A stretch of DNA of 64,000 nt from a virus. The stretch covers positions 38,120 to 102,119 of IMG/VR virus record IMGVR_UViG_3300032607_001425, one strand, 5' to 3'. How positions within the stretch are numbered: position 1 is the first letter of the stretch; each line of letters begins with the position of its first letter. A program made the translations under genes and the position numbers. The notes beneath the pieces were generated by a model. It was given only the letters and a program-made list of their open reading frames with translations. It did not search any database and was not told where the DNA came from. Positions 37,077 through 47,542 of the stretch are shown here, piece by piece.

Positions 37077-37505
37077 TACGCTCCTTGTTTTTTGTAATAA
37101 TCTGCTTTTGAGAATTTTCCTGATGGTTGTTCTTTTAGTTCTACGGATGGTTGTTTTTTTAAAGTAACAATCCAAGCCATTAACTGTTCGTAGTTTGCTT
37201 TTGCTGAATTCTTTGACATAAATTTGATTTTTGTTTATTATATAATATACTACTTTTGTTTTAAATATCCTAATTTTATTTGGTTTATTATTCTATTTTG
37301 TAGTGTAGTGTAGTCTTTTATTTTTAGTAAATACGTAAACTGTTCCATTTGAAAGTTCTTGGCCTGTTCAATAGTATCAAACTGGTAGTGGTCAGTCACT
37401 CCCCAAAAGTCAGTAATTTTGTAGATTTTATTCTTAAATTTAAAACAGTATTTATCCATACTTAAAGATAACAAAAAAGAGTTGAATTACCAACTCTTTT
37501 CCTAA

Positions 37506-37961
37506 TTATTCTTCTACTATTTCTGCTCGATTTCCATCTACTGCAATCTCATGCCAGTGAACTCTTCCTTCTTGAATTGCTGTTTTAATATTCCTTTGTT
37601 TGCCCATTAGAATTGATTTACCTGATTTTACTTCGATAAAATGTACTTCACATTTTGTCTTGCTATCTGTGTGTGTAAATCCTACATAATCAATTGGCAT
37701 TCCTAAAAAAACTACATCTTCTGGTGGTACAGGAAACTTTGACATAAATGGTACAAAGTGTTCGATTGTCTTTCCCCAATTTACTGCTGATGATCTGAAT
37801 GTTGAATCTTTCTTTACTTTTGCTTTCTCTATAATGTGGGCAGCATCTTTTTCTTGTAGTTCTAGTTTTAGTTTGGTTATTTGACCTTTAAGCTTATTTC
37901 CTTGTTCAACTATTACAAATCCTAGTGCAATGCATGTTACTGCCAGTATTAATGTTATCAT
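37506..37961 (-). CDS. Holliday-junction-resolvase-like PD-(D/E)xK nuclease with N-terminal transmembrane helix
   Basis: EHFVPF...FLGMPIDYVGF...FIEVKSG...Q..IK..I.EGRV. Confidence 0.8.
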   Translation of the reverse strand: MITLILAVTCIALGFVIVEQGNKLKGQITKLKLELQEKDAAHIIEKAKVKKDSTFRSSAVNWGKTIEHFVPFMSKFPVPPEDVVFLGMPIDYVGFTHTDSKTKCEVHFIEVKSGKSILMGKQRNIKTAIQEGRVHWHEIAVDGNRAEIVEE

Positions 37962-37975
37962 ATTTTTTTATTTGT

Positions 37976-39685
37976 CTATCCGTCGCATGCACCACAATCG
38001 GTACTAACCCTACTTCCCAAATCCCCATTAATTACCGAATCAGTCCTTAAGTAATACAGTGTTTTTAGTCCCAATTTCCAGGCTGTCTGGTGAACAAGGT
38101 TTATAAACTTAGGACTATCTCCTGGATCGAATGCTAGATTTAGGGACTGTGCTTGGTCTATGTACTTACCTCGAACTGCAGCTTGCTCCACTAGGTTTAG
38201 CATATTAATCTCAGCAAATGTTAAGAAAACTTCTTTATCCTCAAATGGCATAATGTCTTCTGGTAAGTTTGCAATTGATCCTCTATCTTTGAGAATTTGT
38301 TGCCATACTTCTTCTGTATTATGTCCTTTGTCTTCTAAATACTTTTCTAATACTGGATTCTTTCTAATGAAAGTTCCTTTTGAAGAATTAAAAGTATACA
38401 CGTTTGCTGGAATTGGTTCAATACCTGCTGATACTCCACCTGAGATTGTTGAATTAGAAACTGTAGGAGCAATTGCAATTAAATGCGTATTTCTCATTCC
38501 TGTTCCCTTACACCAAACTGGTTCTCCGTATTCCTCTGCTAGTTTTCTTGAAGCTGCTTCAGCTTGTGTTTTAATTTGAGAGAAGATTCTATTTGTCCAA
38601 GAAGTTGATGCAATTGAATTAAATGGTAATCCTTTTGCTTGTAGGAATGAGTGCCATCCTAAAACTCCTAATCCTAATGCTCTTCCTTTTTTAGCAGAAC
38701 GGTGAGATCTAATCATAGAATCTTTTCCGTTTGTCTTAATTAAGAATTCCTCTAATACCCCATCTAGGAAGTATATTGCTGTCTCAACTAAGTCAGTATC
38801 TTTCCACTCTTCGTATCTTGTAATGTTTAGAGAAGATAAACAGCAAACAAATGAATGCTCTTCATCAGTATGTAATGCAATCTCTGAGCAGATATTGGTC
38901 ATTGTTACATCCAAGTTATTCTTAACATATGCAGCAGGATTTGCGTTGTTTACATTGTCTTTAAACATGATATACGGTTCTCCTGTCTCTACTCTTGATT
39001 TGAGAATTTCAACCCATAGTTCCATTGCTTCTGGATCTCTATGCTCCAATCTTTGCATGAATTTATCGTCAATGGAAATACATTGGTGTAAGTTTAAACA
39101 TTGACGGTTTGCATCTCCTTGAGGTCTTCTAATACGTAAAAATTCTTTTATATCAACATGGTTAATATCTAAATTTACAGAAGCTGCTCCTCTACGAACT
39201 GATCCTTGATTTGTAGCAATGATAGTTGAATCAAATATTTTAGCCCAAGGCACAATACCTTCTGACTGTCCTGTCTCTCCATTTCCTATCTTTACTCCTC
39301 TTCCTCTTACTCTTCCAAGTCCAATTCCAACTCCACCTCCTAAAGAAGTAAGTCTCATTAGTTCTGCATTGGTTAATCCTATACCTCTAATTGAATCAGG
39401 AGTATCTATACCAAAACATGAGATTGGCAATCCTTTGTCTGTTCCCGTGTTTGATAGTACTGGTGAGGCTAAATTTAACCAACCTTTCCACATATACTTG
39501 AAAAACTTATTTGCTAGATCAGGACGATCTAATCTTTTGGCTACTGCATCAGCAACTCTTCTATATGCTTTCTTTGGATTCTCATCAGGTAACAAATACC
39601 CGTTTGAAACTGTAGCCAAAGATACCTCATTCATCCATTCCGGATAATCTACGCCTGGTTTCCAGGCACTGTAATCTATATTCAT
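37976..39685 (-). CDS. nrdA: Ribonucleotide reductase class I alpha subunit
   Basis: LASPVLSN, ISCF, TNICSEI, IAPTVS, IDQAQSLN, LKTLYY, C-terminal CGACDG. Confidence 0.96.
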   Translation of the reverse strand: MNIDYSAWKPGVDYPEWMNEVSLATVSNGYLLPDENPKKAYRRVADAVAKRLDRPDLANKFFKYMWKGWLNLASPVLSNTGTDKGLPISCFGIDTPDSIRGIGLTNAELMRLTSLGGGVGIGLGRVRGRGVKIGNGETGQSEGIVPWAKIFDSTIIATNQGSVRRGAASVNLDINHVDIKEFLRIRRPQGDANRQCLNLHQCISIDDKFMQRLEHRDPEAMELWVEILKSRVETGEPYIMFKDNVNNANPAAYVKNNLDVTMTNICSEIALHTDEEHSFVCCLSSLNITRYEEWKDTDLVETAIYFLDGVLEEFLIKTNGKDSMIRSHRSAKKGRALGLGVLGWHSFLQAKGLPFNSIASTSWTNRIFSQIKTQAEAASRKLAEEYGEPVWCKGTGMRNTHLIAIAPTVSNSTISGGVSAGIEPIPANVYTFNSSKGTFIRKNPVLEKYLEDKGHNTEEVWQQILKDRGSIANLPEDIMPFEDKEVFLTFAEINMLNLVEQAAVRGKYIDQAQSLNLAFDPGDSPKFINLVHQTAWKLGLKTLYYLRTDSVINGDLGSRVSTDCGACDG

Positions 39686-40488
39686 TTATTTTGGTTTTTG
39701 TTGTTTCCGTAATTTATATTTTCTTCGTACGTAATTAAACATCCTTTTAATTTTCCTCCCTTTACTGAGACTCCTGTGTTCCTATGCTTCTTTAATGTTC
39801 CTTCATCGTACACTTTTAGTGCTTCCTTTAAATTATCGAATACTTCTCGACTTGTGTCTGGATGTATGATTATATATTTTCCTTTTGATTTACCATAGTT
39901 ACCTGCCAACTCTCCTGGCCTTTTCGTTCCAAAATTACCATTTGATTCACCTACTCTTGCATATTTTTCCCTTCTTCCTTCTTTTCCTAACGCATCTATG
40001 GTACGTTTGTGTGATTGTTTACGTTTTTCAATGGCTTGTGGTGTATGCTGTCCTCCTGTATTATTTAATGTTCTCATGTTTTCAAGCCCTTGTTCTGAGT
40101 GGTATTTTCCCTCGTACTTCTGTCTTTTAGTTTCTAAGGATTTTTCCATGTTTTTAGAAATACTCATTGGATTTCTAGTTTTCATAATATGCCTTCTATC
40201 CTCAATGGTATACTTTTCAAATGCAAGTTGTACCCTAAGCCTCTCTCCTTTTTCTGTCTTACCCGATAGCATTAGCCATGCGACTTTGTCTTGCAACTTC
40301 CCAAGCCACTTGTATCGCAACCAATGTGCTGTAGCGTGATCTTTCACGGACAGTCTTACTAAGTTATCTTCCCTATCACTTCCCTGTTCATACCTTGGAA
40401 CAATATGATGTCGATGCGTGATTTCTTCTAGCTTAGTAGTTTTTCTTTCTTGTAAGAACTTATTGTAAATTTCTTGCCAGTTTATCAT
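39682..40488 (-). CDS. MobE-like HNH homing endonuclease between nrdB and nrdA
   Basis: HRHHIVPRY..GSD..DNLVRLS..DHATAH. Confidence 0.88.
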   Translation of the reverse strand: MINWQEIYNKFLQERKTTKLEEITHRHHIVPRYEQGSDREDNLVRLSVKDHATAHWLRYKWLGKLQDKVAWLMLSGKTEKGERLRVQLAFEKYTIEDRRHIMKTRNPMSISKNMEKSLETKRQKYEGKYHSEQGLENMRTLNNTGGQHTPQAIEKRKQSHKRTIDALGKEGRREKYARVGESNGNFGTKRPGELAGNYGKSKGKYIIIHPDTSREVFDNLKEALKVYDEGTLKKHRNTGVSVKGGKLKGCLITYEENINYGNNKNQNK

Positions 40489-40544
40489 AGTATTTGTTTA
40501 TAATAAATAGGCAAGAAAAAGATTTTTTTACTATTCGAGCAACA

Positions 40545-41528
40545 TTAAAAAACATTAGCTGTATCCCAATCCATATGCCCTTTGCTGTACGAAGTAACTC
40601 TGACAGCGAAGAAGTCGGAATGCATCTTACCTCCCGTTAAACTATCAAACCATAACATTTGTTTCAAAGCACCTTTATCAATGTCTTCTGAAGGTATTAA
40701 TGGTTTCAATCCTAAATCTCCCATCTTAGTGTTTACTCTGTGTTTGATAAAGTTCTTTAACTCATCTTTAGTTAAGTTTTCCAAATCCCCCATTTCAAAT
40801 ATCTTATCGATAAAATTGAATTCTAGCTCAAGAGCAAGGGTTGCTGCTTGTCTAATATCGCTGATAAGTTTTTCTGTTTTTAATTCTGGGTGTTCTTGCA
40901 TTAAAGTTCTAAACAACCAGCATCCTGCTTCTGAGTGAAGTGATTCATCTCTTACAGACCACTCAACTATTTGTCCTACTCCTTTTAGTTTGTTTCTCAT
41001 TTTAAATGATAACAATACTGCAAAAGAGGAGAATAGGTTTACTCCTTCAGTAAATGCTGAGAATATTGCTAGAGATCTAGCTGCTTCATGCCAGTCTGTT
41101 TCTCCATTATGTCCATCTCTAACATCCATTAAAGATTGAATTTTAGCTGCAGTTGATTCATCTTCTAGGAATTCTGCAAAATTATCCAGTCCTAACTGCT
41201 CATTTAGTAGAGCATATGCCTCAGCATGGATAGTTTCAAACGCTCCAAACGTAACTGCCATCATAATAACCTCAGGTTTTCTAAACCATTTGGTAACAAG
41301 GTTTGTCCAGTAATCATTTACAACTGTTTCTGTTTGTGCAAATCCTTTTAGGATTCCTCCTATAACATTTTTTTCGTGTGGTTTAAGATTAGAATTCCAA
41401 TCTGATACGTCTTGTGACATTGGAACTTCTGTATGTAACCAGTGAGCCTGGTGCGCTTTGAGCCAATATTCATGTGCTTGTGGGTATTCAAAGGGCTTGT
41501 AAACTATGCGTTCGTCTTTTAGACTCAT
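40545..41528 (-). CDS. nrdB: Ribonucleotide reductase class I beta subunit
   Basis: ETIHAEAY, EGVNLFSSF, RDESLH, DFFAVR. Confidence 0.96.
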   Translation of the reverse strand: MSLKDERIVYKPFEYPQAHEYWLKAHQAHWLHTEVPMSQDVSDWNSNLKPHEKNVIGGILKGFAQTETVVNDYWTNLVTKWFRKPEVIMMAVTFGAFETIHAEAYALLNEQLGLDNFAEFLEDESTAAKIQSLMDVRDGHNGETDWHEAARSLAIFSAFTEGVNLFSSFAVLLSFKMRNKLKGVGQIVEWSVRDESLHSEAGCWLFRTLMQEHPELKTEKLISDIRQAATLALELEFNFIDKIFEMGDLENLTKDELKNFIKHRVNTKMGDLGLKPLIPSEDIDKGALKQMLWFDSLTGGKMHSDFFAVRVTSYSKGHMDWDTANVF

Positions 41529-41582
41529 ATTTAATTTTTTTAATATTGTTTTGTAATTAAGACTGTAAGAATAAATAGCATT

Positions 41583-42935
41583 TTAGAATGGAACTTGATT
41601 CTCCAATGCAAAGAACTTATTGGCCAATTCTTTAAAGTTTCCCGGTGGTTGGTTGGTTAAAATATCCTCAGACATACTTCCAAGGATTTCGATATGGCCA
41701 TTATTTGTATTTACTTTTGCGTCAAACGTCATTCCATCCATACCATACCTATTTTTCATCATATGAAAACGTCCTGTTCCTAATACCTTATCCTCTTTCA
41801 TTCTTGATAAAGATATTGCAATATCGCATACCATCATCTTGTCATAAGACCCTGCTGCCTTATCTCCTTCAATAACTGAATCCTTTGCTCCCATTCTATT
41901 AACTTGAGACGGTGTTAGGATAGGAATTTGAAGTTCCTTAGCCAATCCTTTTGTTGCAATGAATACATCATCGATTTCGTCTTTTCTTTCTGTGAAACGA
42001 GATTTTGAAGGTGCTTTCAAGTAATCGACATAATCAATAATAATCATATCTGGTTTGTGATCCATGTCAATACATTTCTGGATATGTGCTTTGATTGTAT
42101 TTATTGAGGCTCCTTTTGGTGGATATTCTTTTACAATCAACTTTCCTTTAAGTTTACCTACAATTTTCTCCACTTCTGCTCTATGTTTGTTTACTTCTTC
42201 AATTCCATAACCTGTTAGGTAACAGTCAAATCGCTTCCCTACATAATCTTCTCCAAGTTCTAGAGTATAGAAGTTTACATTGTATCCCATTACCACTGCA
42301 TGTGCTGCTGCAGCAACCATTGTCCATGACTTTCCTCCTCCAGGATTACCAAACATGATAATTAAATCACCAGGTCCAAATCCTCCTCCGATTGTTTCAT
42401 TAAGTATTGGCCAAGGTGTTGGAATAGTTGGTCTGTAGTTTTCTCTATAACGACTCTCTACATCCTTATTGTATTCATGACCCATGTTCTTATCCATACC
42501 AGCTCTCATGGCTTTTTCAATTACTCCTCTGATTCCATCAAAGTCTCCTTGATTTAGAAGATCTGCTGAATTTAGTAATGCTGCTTTAAGTTCTTGATTC
42601 TTAGCGAACGTTGTAAACTCTTCTACTACGTATGCTAAATCATCTTGAGTTGCTTCATAACAGTTTCTTAATTCTGCCTTAACTGCTACTTGTAAGATAT
42701 CATTTTCTACTTTTTGTAGTTCAATCTTTAGTGCTTCTAAAGAAATTGTAGTATGATACTTATCGTAATACTTGATTGTAGTTTCTAGAATCCATTTATG
42801 GGCATCTGAATCGAAGTAATCTGGTTGTAATAGCTCTCTTGTGTTAAGTAGAAACTTCTTGTCTGTTAGGAGTGCTCCTAATACTTTTAGTTGAAATCCT
42901 TTCCCGTAGGAGCTGAGTTTTGCTAGTGAGGTCAT
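41583..42935 (-). CDS. DnaB/gp41-like replicative helicase
   Basis: GNPGGGKS Walker A, IIIDYVD, SQVNR, KNRYG. Confidence 0.93.
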   Translation of the reverse strand: MTSLAKLSSYGKGFQLKVLGALLTDKKFLLNTRELLQPDYFDSDAHKWILETTIKYYDKYHTTISLEALKIELQKVENDILQVAVKAELRNCYEATQDDLAYVVEEFTTFAKNQELKAALLNSADLLNQGDFDGIRGVIEKAMRAGMDKNMGHEYNKDVESRYRENYRPTIPTPWPILNETIGGGFGPGDLIIMFGNPGGGKSWTMVAAAAHAVVMGYNVNFYTLELGEDYVGKRFDCYLTGYGIEEVNKHRAEVEKIVGKLKGKLIVKEYPPKGASINTIKAHIQKCIDMDHKPDMIIIDYVDYLKAPSKSRFTERKDEIDDVFIATKGLAKELQIPILTPSQVNRMGAKDSVIEGDKAAGSYDKMMVCDIAISLSRMKEDKVLGTGRFHMMKNRYGMDGMTFDAKVNTNNGHIEILGSMSEDILTNQPPGNFKELANKFFALENQVPF

Positions 42936-42955
42936 GTAACTTGTTTTATTATAAC

Positions 42956-43990
42956 TTATTTTTTATATGTTGAAAGCGGTCTGAATAATTCTAACCATCC
43001 TTCAACGTTTTTGTTTAGAGCTTCAATTTGATCTGACTCTAACATGCTTAAAAAAGTAACAACCTGTAAATTTGGTGTTGGCTCTTTTATCTTCTCTAAT
43101 ATATGAAAAATTTCGTAATCTCCCAAGCGAGGCTCCAATAAATTCATTAAATCGTAGTTAGTTTTTACTTTGTCCCAATCATAAACAATACTTGCAAAAA
43201 TCTTCTTTGGTTTGCTTTCTTGTAACTTTTGTTCACAAATATCATAAATATCTTTTAATAAAACTCCAGGCTTGCTTACTAGTTGTGGAAATTCTTTAAG
43301 AAGTGTTTTAGGACCTAATCCTTTTACACCTGAAAGGTTATCTGAGTTATCACCCAGTAGTGCTTTCATTATTAAATAATTCTCGGGAATCAGCCCTATT
43401 TCTTCTTGGATATCTTTTTTTTGATAGGTTTTTTTCTTAATAGGAGAATAAACTTCTATATTTTCGTCTACTATCTGTAAAAAATCTTTGTCGGAAGACG
43501 TAATTGTTACTTTCTTTCCATTAGCTGCAAACTTCTGTGCTAGATACGAAATTGTATCATCTGCTTCTACTTTATCAATAGAAATTAAAGTAACTGGTAA
43601 GCATTGTAAGTACTCTACCAATCTATGCATTTGCATTGTCATTGAAGCAAACTCATCATCTTTATCATCAAACAATTCCCAATTTGTAATCCTCTTTATG
43701 TTTCTTGTTGCTTTGTATTCTGGATTAATGCTCTTTCTACTTGAGGAAGATGCTTGCCCATCAAATACGCAAATGATTCTAGTTGGATCAATTGTTCTAG
43801 TTAAGAACCCCAAGGACCTTAGAAAACCAACAAGACCCCCTGTGTGGTGGCCTTGTGGATTCATTGACTGTAGCATTGCGAACGACCTTATAAATGTGTT
43901 CATGCTATCAACTATAAGTATGTGATCATTCAATTTCCGATCAGGCTTTTTTTGTATTCCGTTTAGGATTTCACTATAACTCTTTTCCAT
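42956..43990 (-). CDS. 5'-3' exonuclease/flap endonuclease (T4 RNase H-like)
   Basis: VDSMN, VFDG, YKATR, EADD, SSDKDFLQ, GDNSDNLSGVKGLGPKT. Confidence 0.93.
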   Translation of the reverse strand: MEKSYSEILNGIQKKPDRKLNDHILIVDSMNTFIRSFAMLQSMNPQGHHTGGLVGFLRSLGFLTRTIDPTRIICVFDGQASSSSRKSINPEYKATRNIKRITNWELFDDKDDEFASMTMQMHRLVEYLQCLPVTLISIDKVEADDTISYLAQKFAANGKKVTITSSDKDFLQIVDENIEVYSPIKKKTYQKKDIQEEIGLIPENYLIMKALLGDNSDNLSGVKGLGPKTLLKEFPQLVSKPGVLLKDIYDICEQKLQESKPKKIFASIVYDWDKVKTNYDLMNLLEPRLGDYEIFHILEKIKEPTPNLQVVTFLSMLESDQIEALNKNVEGWLELFRPLSTYKK

Positions 43991-44008
43991 TCTTTAATAT
44001 AAGATTAT

Positions 44009-44674
44009 TTATGCGTATTTCCAAATAAATCCTTTGTAATTTAATACTTTTTCTGTCAGGGCTCTTGAAATTCCTGAGATATTTATCCCTAAGGTGTTTG
44101 CCGCTGATGTAGTAGATATGTGGACTTCTAATAGTTGTTCATTGAGGTCAAATCTTAAAATAGCTCTTCTTTTTTTCATCGATAGCTTTTCCTTATGCTC
44201 TTGGCTAAAAGACCTCCCTACATAGCTGTCTCTTTCTTTCCTTGTCTGTATGCCTTTTTGTACAGACTCTTTTGTTCTTTTATAATTTCCCCTATCCCTT
44301 CTCGTAGCTGTCCTCTTTTCTATAGCTATATTACTTGGTGAAATTCCTTTTCTAGCTTTATTGTTTAGTTCTTTCGCTTCTGAGATTACTCTGCTGGATG
44401 GGGTGTATCTTTGTTGGTAGCTTTTTTTTAAAGTGCACATTGCATCAAACGCTTTTGCAAGCCCTTTACTACTTGGATATGCTCTAGCCAATAGCCAATG
44501 AGCTAGAAAATGCTCCCTTGCAGTCAATAAAATTAAGTTTTCTTTTCTATTCGAACCGCCCATACACCTAGGGACTATGTGGTGTCTTTCGTAGTAGGCT
44601 CCGCCTTCTTCTTTAATCCTGTTTTGCTTTTTTGCTCGATCAATTATTTGATCATAAATTCTTTGATAATTCAT
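44009..44674 (-). CDS. HNH homing endonuclease with NUMOD C-terminus
   Basis: YYERHHIVPRCMGGSN..ENLILLTAREHFLAH. Confidence 0.9.
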   Translation of the reverse strand: MNYQRIYDQIIDRAKKQNRIKEEGGAYYERHHIVPRCMGGSNRKENLILLTAREHFLAHWLLARAYPSSKGLAKAFDAMCTLKKSYQQRYTPSSRVISEAKELNNKARKGISPSNIAIEKRTATRRDRGNYKRTKESVQKGIQTRKERDSYVGRSFSQEHKEKLSMKKRRAILRFDLNEQLLEVHISTTSAANTLGINISGISRALTEKVLNYKGFIWKYA

Positions 44675-44778
44675 AATAAAAAAAAGCTTAGGCTTTCGAG
44701 GTCGTAGTCTCTACTTGCCATAAGCTTTAGTTGATATTTTATTTAAGTATGTAGCTACGACTCTACTTATATAAATAG
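44675..44778 (-). ncRNA. Endonuclease leader RNA family A, copy 4
   Basis: Same scaffold; loops GTCGTAG and CTACGAC. Confidence 0.75.
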
Positions 44779-44797
44779 CAACTTTTTAAGTAAAAAC

Positions 44798-45874
44798 TTA
44801 GTCTAATAGCTCCATATCAGGTCTCTTTTCTTCCTCTACATCTGCTTCTACGGTAATCTGAAAGTCATCTGATCCTAGTACTTTTACCCATTCATGTTTA
44901 TACTGATCCTTATACGTATCGATTGCCTTTTTATCGTCTGCAATAAATCCGTGACTAGTCATGATAATTGCTCCTCTAGATTGAATACCATCAATATGGT
45001 TTTTTTCTATTTGAACTTTGGTTCTTTTAGCAAACTCAAATTCCTTACCTTTTGTTGTAGCTTTTATTTTACTTGTTCCAGAATTCGTAATATTTCCAAA
45101 GGTAATAATAACTGTTGAGTCATACCACATGCTTTTCCCACCCTTATTCTCAAGGCGTGGTTGTCCCATTGGATGTTCAGGTTTCGCAGTCCAAACTTTG
45201 TTTACAGCCACTAGTGTGTTTGTATACTTACTTGCTTCTTTCCTTGATAGCATAATCTTTTGATTTACATTATTTGCAAACTGTTGACTCATTGCTCCAG
45301 CATTCCATTCTGCATTATTCTTCGAAGATCTTACAGATAAGTCACATGGCACTGATCCAACTGAATCCCAGAAGAAACATAAATCGTAAGGAAGGTTTCC
45401 TTTCTTTTGTTCGTCAATTAAGTCTAAGATGTAAACTGCTACGTCTTCTATGGTGTTTAGAGTTCCTCTATCTGCATATAAGAAAAATCCTTTGTAATCA
45501 GTTATCTCTCCTGTATCCTCATCAACTACTTCTTGAACTTCAAGACCCATCATTTGAGCATGTGGCCAAGACCATTTCATCTCAGTAATAATGAATACTG
45601 GGAGGATTTGTCTTTTCTGTGCTTGAACTGCAGCTTCTAGTAGCAAAGTTGTCTTTCCTGTATCGGAATGTCCTCTTAGTAGTGTAATATGTCCCATAGG
45701 AATTCCTTTGAGAGATGTTACTTCTGAGAATGCATCTGATACTTTAATCCAATCTTGGCTCTTAAACTTTACTGAAGTATTTGAGAATCCTTTGTTTTTC
45801 TTAAAGTTGTCCAAACTAAAACCGCCTTTGATTATATCGCTAGCGGTTTTTGTTGTTGTTTTTTTGATTGCCAT
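44798..45874 (-). CDS. RecA/UvsX-like recombinase
   Basis: GIPMGHIT..GHSDTGKTT, WDSVG, KGGKSM, IEKNH. Confidence 0.88.
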   Translation of the reverse strand: MAIKKTTTKTASDIIKGGFSLDNFKKNKGFSNTSVKFKSQDWIKVSDAFSEVTSLKGIPMGHITLLRGHSDTGKTTLLLEAAVQAQKRQILPVFIITEMKWSWPHAQMMGLEVQEVVDEDTGEITDYKGFFLYADRGTLNTIEDVAVYILDLIDEQKKGNLPYDLCFFWDSVGSVPCDLSVRSSKNNAEWNAGAMSQQFANNVNQKIMLSRKEASKYTNTLVAVNKVWTAKPEHPMGQPRLENKGGKSMWYDSTVIITFGNITNSGTSKIKATTKGKEFEFAKRTKVQIEKNHIDGIQSRGAIIMTSHGFIADDKKAIDTYKDQYKHEWVKVLGSDDFQITVEADVEEEKRPDMELLD

Positions 45875-45876
45875 TC

Positions 45877-46707
45877 TTAATTGAATAAATCGTCAAATTT
45901 GTTAACTGTACTTTTGTTTCCTGCTGTTGCAGTCTCTAGGGTGAAGTCTGTTTTGTTACTTCCTAAAGCTGCTGGTAATGGTGGTTCAACTGCAGGTGCA
46001 ATCGCTTCCGTTGGAGTTGCAGGTGCTTCAGCAACTTCTTCTCCTGGATTCAAGTACTCTTGTAACTTTTTCTTAATAAATTCATAGTCGTACTGAGTTT
46101 GTACTTCTAATGCGTTTGGTTGATCCTTTAACCAAGAGTTTACTTTACTGTCATCATCTGACAATACTGTTTGCTTTGGTTTGATACGAACCGTAGTACT
46201 TGGGAACTGACCTGGTCCTGCAGCTGGTGTATTCTCTACAACCATATCCCATCCACTCATTACGTCTGTAAAATCTCCAATGTCTTCATCTTCTGCTAAA
46301 GCAAGTAACGCTTTGTAGATGTTTACACCAAATGACCAAAGACGAACTCCTTTTTCTTCTTCTCCTCTTACAACAACAGGAGCAAAGAATCTTGACTTAG
46401 GAGATAACTTTCCAGACAAAGACCAATTATCTTTATCGGATGTTTTTCTCAATTCTTTTACGAATTCTTCGATTGGATCAATTTTACCATAATTAGAAAG
46501 AGCTGTCATGGGAAACTTTGCTATATTGTAGTGCAGTTTAATCTCCGTAAAGGGGTCTGCAGCATTAAATGCCGAAGGGACAATGCGTATAGTGCTTTTG
46601 CCGTTTGCTGGCCTCCAGTAAATCTTCTCAAAATCTACCTTTTCGCGATCTTGATTACCGCTGCTGTTTAGACTTTCTAATTTTTGTTTAATCGCTTTTA
46701 AATCCAT
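45877..46707 (-). CDS. Single-stranded DNA-binding protein (gp32-like)
   Basis: YWRP..GK..IRIVP, LWSFG...Y, acidic C-terminus ending FDDLFN. Confidence 0.85.
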   Translation of the reverse strand: MDLKAIKQKLESLNSSGNQDREKVDFEKIYWRPANGKSTIRIVPSAFNAADPFTEIKLHYNIAKFPMTALSNYGKIDPIEEFVKELRKTSDKDNWSLSGKLSPKSRFFAPVVVRGEEEKGVRLWSFGVNIYKALLALAEDEDIGDFTDVMSGWDMVVENTPAAGPGQFPSTTVRIKPKQTVLSDDDSKVNSWLKDQPNALEVQTQYDYEFIKKKLQEYLNPGEEVAEAPATPTEAIAPAVEPPLPAALGSNKTDFTLETATAGNKSTVNKFDDLFN

Positions 46708-46771
46708 AGTGTAACTTTTTTTAATTTAACTTTATTTTACTTTATTATAATATACGAAACCTTTTTTAATT

Positions 46772-47542
46772 TTACAACTCTTTCTGTTCATATTTCCAAA
46801 TAAATCCTCCAGCTGATTTATATCTTCCTTTCAGACAGGATGAGATATCTCCTCTACAAATTCCTAAAGTAGTACTAGCCTCTTTTCCTGAGGTCCATTC
46901 TCTTATTAGATTTCCTGCTTTATCATACTGGTTGATAGCTTTTTTGTTCTTTTCAGCTATAGTGTAGTAGTCTGTATTGGCTACCTGTCTGGCTTTATTT
47001 TCAATTCCCTCTTTTGTTTGGTAAAAGGCTCTGAAATTCTTTGCTTGGTTTTGCACTTTTAGTAGCCCTTCATCTGTTTGATTGAATAGTATTAGATTTG
47101 CTGTTATAGCATGCCTACTTCTCACCCCTTCTTGTGTTGCTTCAAAAGCTTTCCTGCTTTCTGCTTGTTTAGTAAGCATCTCTAGACCTTCTGGTGTTTT
47201 ATTAAAGGCTATTCTAGTTGCTGATATTTTATCAAGTGTATCTTGTGAGTACTTATGCTTTAGCGTATCTGTTGGGGTTAGTTTACAGTTTAGTCCTTCC
47301 TCACCTATTACTTTGTAAAAATCCTGCCAATACCTCTCCCTTATGTTTAATTCTTCAAAAAGACACTCCTCTACTATCTCATAAGTATGTGCAGTAAAGC
47401 TATATTTTATAATAGAGTTGTAAAGTCTTGGCTGTCCTTTGCACTCTAATCTAATATATTCTGCTCTTCTTTTTTCTAATACTTTACTCTGTCCAATATA
47501 AATTTTTCCACTTGGACTTGTTATTTTATAAATCCCTATCAT
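46772..47542 (-). CDS. GIY-YIG homing endonuclease with helical repeats and NUMOD1
   Basis: GIYKITSPSGKIYIGQS; (F/Y).T.EG repeats; AGGFIWKY. Confidence 0.9.
   Translation of the reverse strand: MIGIYKITSPSGKIYIGQSKVLEKRRAEYIRLECKGQPRLYNSIIKYSFTAHTYEIVEECLFEELNIRERYWQDFYKVIGEEGLNCKLTPTDTLKHKYSQDTLDKISATRIAFNKTPEGLEMLTKQAESRKAFEATQEGVRSRHAITANLILFNQTDEGLLKVQNQAKNFRAFYQTKEGIENKARQVANTDYYTIAEKNKKAINQYDKAGNLIREWTSGKEASTTLGICRGDISSCLKGRYKSAGGFIWKYEQKEL

Noticed and set aside
14852-41528. Group I introns or inteins in thyA, nrdA, nrdB
   Set aside because: The reading frames are continuous, with no intein splice motifs or intron core seen. Nearby endonucleases are intergenic.
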